From NCBI GenBank assembly GCA_010093745.1, contig MU005960.1:310636-374635 (forward strand): DNA of 64,000 bases, in the 5' to 3' direction. Positions 58,691-64,000 of the stretch are shown here, in pieces (within the stretch, counting starts at the first letter, position 1; the number at the start of each line of letters is the position of its first letter). The notes beneath the pieces were generated by a model that made no database searches, was not told where the DNA came from, and saw nothing but the letters and a program-made list of their open reading frames with translations. The position numbers and the translations under genes are program-made. The stretch is from Piedraia hortae CBS 480.64. Taxonomy: Eukaryota.

Positions 58691-61600
58691 TGCGCCTGGC
58701 AACAGTATGTGCTGTGCCTCGACCGGCACGCTTGACGACCGACTCGTCAAGGAGAGGCACGTGCTTAGTAGTGCACCGTTAGCTCTCGCATCATGTCTTT
58801 TCCATCTGAGCTTATATACACCCCAACGTCAAGGAGCTGTCGTGCGAGCTGAATGTCATCTTCGATTGGGGTCGGCTATCGCCCATATTCGCAGATATCA
58901 TCGACCCTCTTCCGCGGCTCTACAGACATGAGCGCTGCCATGGCAGCAGCGACGTTGACAACGGACTACGCAATGAATACAAACTCGATATAGGCTACCG
59001 GAGAGCCACGCGAACCCGTCGCAGCGTTATATATATTCTGCATTTTCATGATCTGAATCCCTCAAAGCCAGTATATCTATCGCTGGTTACATATATGGGG
59101 CACCGCCAAGACCACTCGGCCTCTATCTGACGAACACTGTTTCCTGAGTGTTCCCAACAAGGTTTTAGGCGTCGAAACACTGTCTCGCGAGTGTTCCGCC
59201 ACACACTGTCCAGTGCCTTCGCAAGTCAAAGCATCCTCTGATGGATTCAATCACCGCCCTCGCCTTTCAAACTGGGTGGTACAGTACCACAAGGTCGCCG
59301 TGGTCGTCCACCAGATCTTACACTGTGACGTTTTTGCCCTCGCCGAACTGGATATCGCTTGCCAGAACGAATACGGCAGCAACTACGAAGCCTGTGGATG
59401 CTACCGATGCTGCTGGCTGTAATGCAGCGTTGCAAAATGCGTCCCAACCACGTCAGGTACAGCACCTCCATCTTCAAGATGCATCGCGAGCTGTGTCTGC
59501 GATCGTGGGACGGTACCACCGAGGAAAGCATCAAGATGGACCAAGCTCTCGATGAGGTAGCCGAGCGCAGGGTTATCTGGGGCAAGGTTGACAACTACTA
59601 CGATGACGAGCTGACCGCCTTCTTTTGAACCTCAACGCAGCGGTGGGTGGAATAACAAGAAGAATGCATACCATCCGAGATCATGGTCCTTGCCGGCAAG
59701 AACAAAGAGCAAGGGGAACGCGCATGCCATCTTCCACTTTTCCGCCACGGGCGTATGGATCGACCCAAACGACGGATGTCTGGGTGGATCCGAGCGACAG
59801 GCGTTTAAGTGGACTCAAACGACCAGGACGCCGTGTTGGTTTGTCGAGCGCTCGATATCGTCGCTCTTACTTAGCCACCTTAGCGTCGGGTGACTGGGCG
59901 CATGCCATACCTCCTTCTGTAAGTGGCATTGCAGTCAGCTTTCCTGGTCTGATCGGCACGGCATTTCAAGATGCACGAACTGCAACTCAACCTCGAACTC
60001 AAGAGGAGGTGGACTTTGACAATTCTCCGTGCAGTGGCGATGATGGCCAGTGTTTGACGACGCTGAGCCGTTAAAAGTCATGGGCGAAGTGGTGGGTGCC
60101 GGGTCATACCAACATTGCCCAATACCGAGCCAGCCACATGGGCAACACGTCAGGGCATCGAAGATTCACAGTGCGCTACTCAGCCACGTCGCTCGCTCTA
60201 GCGAAGAACGCAACGCGAGGCAGCAGCTCGCTCTGCCTCTACCCGTGCGGGAGGTGTAAGCCGTCTATACTGCCAATTCAACCTCGGGCAGCGAGGCTAC
60301 AGCGGCCAGCTCGCACTGCCTTCTACTGTAGGGAGAGCGGCGGCCTTTCGGATCTATATTGCGTCCCGTGGGGATGCCACGGCGGCCAATACCACTTTTG
60401 TGCCGGATACGACTTAACATATAAATGCTACGGGGCGGTTGTTGGATTTTGGAGTGACGTTCCGAGTGGATTGGTGTGGTCTTGGCTGTTCAGAAGAAGA
60501 TATCTCCGTAGAGCTATACACAATATCATTAGCAATACATCCGTCTCATTTTTTATTGGCAGTGGCTTAGCTAACGCTCTCACTCCTCGCTTTACGACCC
60601 TCCAGTATGAAATGGTTTGTTTGAAGTCTACTGGTGATATAGCAAGTTCTATGTATACTAGGAATGACTAGGGAATGGCATCTTTTCTCCCTACTGACAC
60701 ACCTGTCTACATCAATACATCCCTACAAAATGACGCTCTTACAATCCACACACCAAAGTTTCTCTCTTAACTATCTCTACAGTCCCATCAACCACGGAAG
60801 CACCTTCCCTTTCCATTCCGCCCTATTTTTGGAGGATGCATATATCGGGCTTAGATGCATATTGCGCCTCCCTGTTTCACCTGATGAAGTTGTGTACCTT
60901 CGCTAGAACACGTGTTAGTTCAACTTTCTTGCAGCGCAACCTTCTGTACGCCAGTGCAATCATCTACATAGCAGCTTGGACGGCACGTATCCCATGCGGG
61001 CAAGCCAATCCCAATTGGTCCGTGCGTAGGTCCGTGCAAATTTTCACCGCTAGCGAGAAATGAATGCGGTGCTTGACAACAATGATGCCTTGATCACCGA
61101 GAGTCGCATTGCAGATACAGTCCCAGGCACAGCTATTCGGACTCGGCGCTGAAGTCAAAAATTGCCGTGGAGCAGGAGTCGAAATTGCCAGAAAGGAGAT
61201 TTCAATGAACATGAGCCGCACAAATCAATTTGCAACACTTGGACCGTGCACACTTCTTGTCAATGCTGCGCGAACCACGTACAATACGCGTCTTCCCTGC
61301 CGGGGATATGTGCACAGACCGTTTTGCAACACATGGTCCTTGTTGTCAATGTTTATTTAAGCCCAAATTTTCTGTGCTGATTTAACTTTTCCTCCACAAG
61401 AACCTCAGATTTCAGTATCACGGGTTTGGTACCATTAACTTTACCGATTCCAGTGCCGTTCAGCATCCCACTGATGCGATGTGCATGGCAACATTGCAAA
61501 GCATTACAGCTGTTGCCTTGATCGATATGTTCAAGGGAATGTCAGTTATCTGGACGACTGACTAGAACAGAGATACCACGGGTTATATGATATACCGCCA

Positions 61601-62247
61601 GCGCTCGATCTGACCATCGGTCATTTGTGTAAGGGTCGCAGCGTTCATGATGCATACAAGACCGTGCTCTCGAGACCTACATGGAAACACAGCAACATAT
61701 ATATACGCAGCCGTTCTTGTTCGCTTTTTCGCGCCTCACTTCAGTGGGTATATATATGCCTTAATTCTACTGGCCAACAGTGTTTTTTGAGTGTTCGCCA
61801 TATCATAATCGATGTCAGCGATGGTATTTGTCTGCCGATTCCACCAAGAGCGGCAAGAGATCCACAGTAAGCGCTCAGAGGACATGGTCGATACCCCTGA
61901 CAAAAGACGTCGTGAAAGCCTACACAGTCAAGACCTTGCAGAGCTTCGGCAACGAGCCGGACAATGGTCGCTCGGTTCGGTAACAATGAACGATATCGGA
62001 CCGATGCAACCCAGACGTCGAGAATCCCCGTAAAGGAGGTTGCACGCCGAGCCGTGGATAGTCTTGCAATGACCAGACGTCGTCTGCACTGGGCCTGGAT
62101 GAGTGTCGACCAATGCTGGAAATCCGCTCCAAGCGCGTAAGTGCGTCATCCTCTGCATCAATATCGGCAGCGGCATCGGCCTCAGCAGCAGCAGCCTCAA
62201 CCTCAGCTGCAGCTGCAGTACCAGCATCCTACCATGGGGTCCATGGT

Positions 62248-62475
62248 TGTTACGGTGCTCAGAGGAAAAGGTTCAATAAGTCCCAGCAACGAGGACAATC
62301 CAGACTGCTATCTATTGGGAAGCTAGGATGCTATAAACCAATCCAGAAGCGCCGTTCATTCGTGCGTGGTAGCGAGCGTAGCTATGAATAACTAGCAGGG
62401 CGCGTCGGTGTATCAAATTCCCTGTGCGCTTAGGCTGCGCGGGTCGTCCCGCGCACACACAGCCTCGCCGTAACA
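62248..62475 (-). mobile_element. Solo LTR family B (inverted)
   Basis: TGTTACGG..CCGTAACA termini, perfect TSD ATGGT. Confidence 0.92.
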
Positions 62476-63086
62476 ATGGTAAGAGTCAACTGCGACGAAG
62501 TGACGACTATGGTGGTCTGCTGGCGAGTCTCATCAGTGCCCTTATACCAAACCTGATAGCTTCAAGATGACGCACGACCCCTACAAAACAGGAAGAGTCT
62601 GAGGCTTCCAACCTTAACTTCCCGCCTCACACAACGACACAGGAACGGGAATCTGGGGGTGTTCTCATGGAAATGATTGGCTCTTCGTCCCAGGTGGACG
62701 ACATCACTTTTTGCAGTCCGGTTTGGATCAACAACTACGCCCTCATTCTTGGTTCCAAATTCACCTTTTTCAATTCCCATGATGACAACGTCGAGGGCAC
62801 AGGCAGTATATACCGGCGATGGATCAAGAATATATCGGATAGACTTGTGTACAGGGCTTATTTCGACTGTAAGGGGAGGAAATACATAGTGTAGCGACTA
62901 AAAGGTTTAGCTCTAACCAAATCGCCTCATTTTCTTCTTCCTCTCCCTCATTGAACGAGAGCTCTGTTCATCAGTGATATAACACGGCTTGACTCAAAAT
63001 AGAGATAATCCTCCCAAATCCAGCCTAGAGCATTATGCTCACCAGCTGTATCCTCTGTGCTTACAACAACCTTCAATCTTCCGGTC

Positions 63087-63229
63087 TGTTCTGATAAGCA
63101 GCGGCACCTCACAGGTGTGTCAGTATACACGCATATCTAGAGCTACACAAGAAAATTTCTGAGTACCCGAACCCTGGTCAGGCATGTGGGTCATCACCTG
63201 CGGATCGCTCCGTGGCGACATGCACGACA
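63087..63229 (-). mobile_element. Short solo LTR family E (inverted)
   Basis: TGTT..GACA termini, perfect TSD CGGTC. Confidence 0.88.
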
Positions 63230-64000
63230 CGGTCCATACCGCCAGAAAAATCATCTCGTGCGAAAAAGCGGAACGGCCCGCGCCCCGCACACCTCGAATT
63301 TTGGATTTCCCACTTCACACAAACACCACCTCTACATAATGGTGTTGAAATAGCACGCCTGATGCATTTCGGAAGGCCATGGGCAGACCTAATATGTACG
63401 CAGCCGTTCCGCCCTGGTGTTAAAACTCCAGCAAACAAACAAGCAAACAAACACTCGCCTCATACAAGCGAGGTTTGTGGTACCACTGATGGCGGATCCT
63501 CTGACTGATGAGGAGGGTGATTGTGCTTGTCCACCGGCCAGATCTTACGTGATGGACGACGGCGAGCTCGTTGGGCAGGTTCCACTCCGTCGCTCTGGTG
63601 TTTGCTGTCCTGCACCTCTCAGAGGGGTAGTGCGGTTGGTAACGCCATCAATGCAATAGGGACCTTTTTGCTTGGCTGCCTTCTTCGATGAGGAGGTGCC
63701 TATCAGGCAGAGTGGAAATGTCCACGCCGATTGCGGGCGCCAGCGATCTATCAGGCTAGGCTCCGGCACTGGGCACACACAGTCAAGGGAATGATCCTGT
63801 GATGGAAGGGAAGGCATCTATGGGTGGAAGCAGAATAGGCATCATGCATGAGAGAGAGTAGCTGTGTGGTTTTTGACGATCTTCTGGCACGTGGATGATA
63901 GAATTCTGATCACACTCCCTCCGCTCGAAGAGCAGCCTTATACGGGGATTTGTAAGGGAGAATATCCGTTTCCAATGGACATTGAGAGCCAGAAGGAATA

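Noticed and set aside
62160..62225. CAG/GCA-rich tract as a functional repeat
   Set aside because: Short imperfect low-complexity stretch in a decayed, LTR-interrupted reading frame.
62500..62540. Hammerhead ribozyme (CUGAUGA on the minus strand)
   Set aside because: No GAAA core after the possible stem II.
16116..63229. Dispersed repeats as MITEs, SINEs or CRISPR-like arrays
   Set aside because: TG..CA ends with variable 5-bp TSDs fit solo LTRs. There are no poly-A tails, long TIRs or regular repeat-spacer pattern.

Overview
Fungal genomic DNA from a filamentous ascomycete. Dothideomycete affinity is a guess from the protein sequences and the short GT..CTRAC..AG introns. The window has two kinds of compartment. 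Compact, repeat-free housekeeping blocks lie at 1-15.4 kb (IRC20/SHPRH-like helicase, PRE3, CSL4, Pho85 cyclin, TSL1/TPS3, Ser/Thr kinase), 33.7-37.4 kb (GAP1-like permease, Ras-like GTPase) and 45.6-52.3 kb (telomerase TERT, RIB1, TBC GAP). The blocks between them are accessory and hold about 15 solo LTRs of five families (A-E). Most have TG..CA ends and a 5-bp target-site duplication that can be read directly, and no intact gag/pol was seen. The accessory blocks also carry a tandemly amplified head-to-head cassette encoding an orphan Q/P-rich protein family and an HMG-box-like family with two decayed copies. Most notably, they contain divergent copies of core genes with open frames but altered key residues: a TBP-related factor (one TATA-intercalating Phe and both central Thr changed), a stand-alone catalytically dead Chd1-type ATPase lobe, and a lipoyl-domain-only KGD2-like copy with the lipoyl Lys replaced by Arg. 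Three LTR families share a structurally conserved double-stem hairpin. All alignments were made by eye and family calls rest on recalled motifs, not database searches. LTR strands give relative orientation only.
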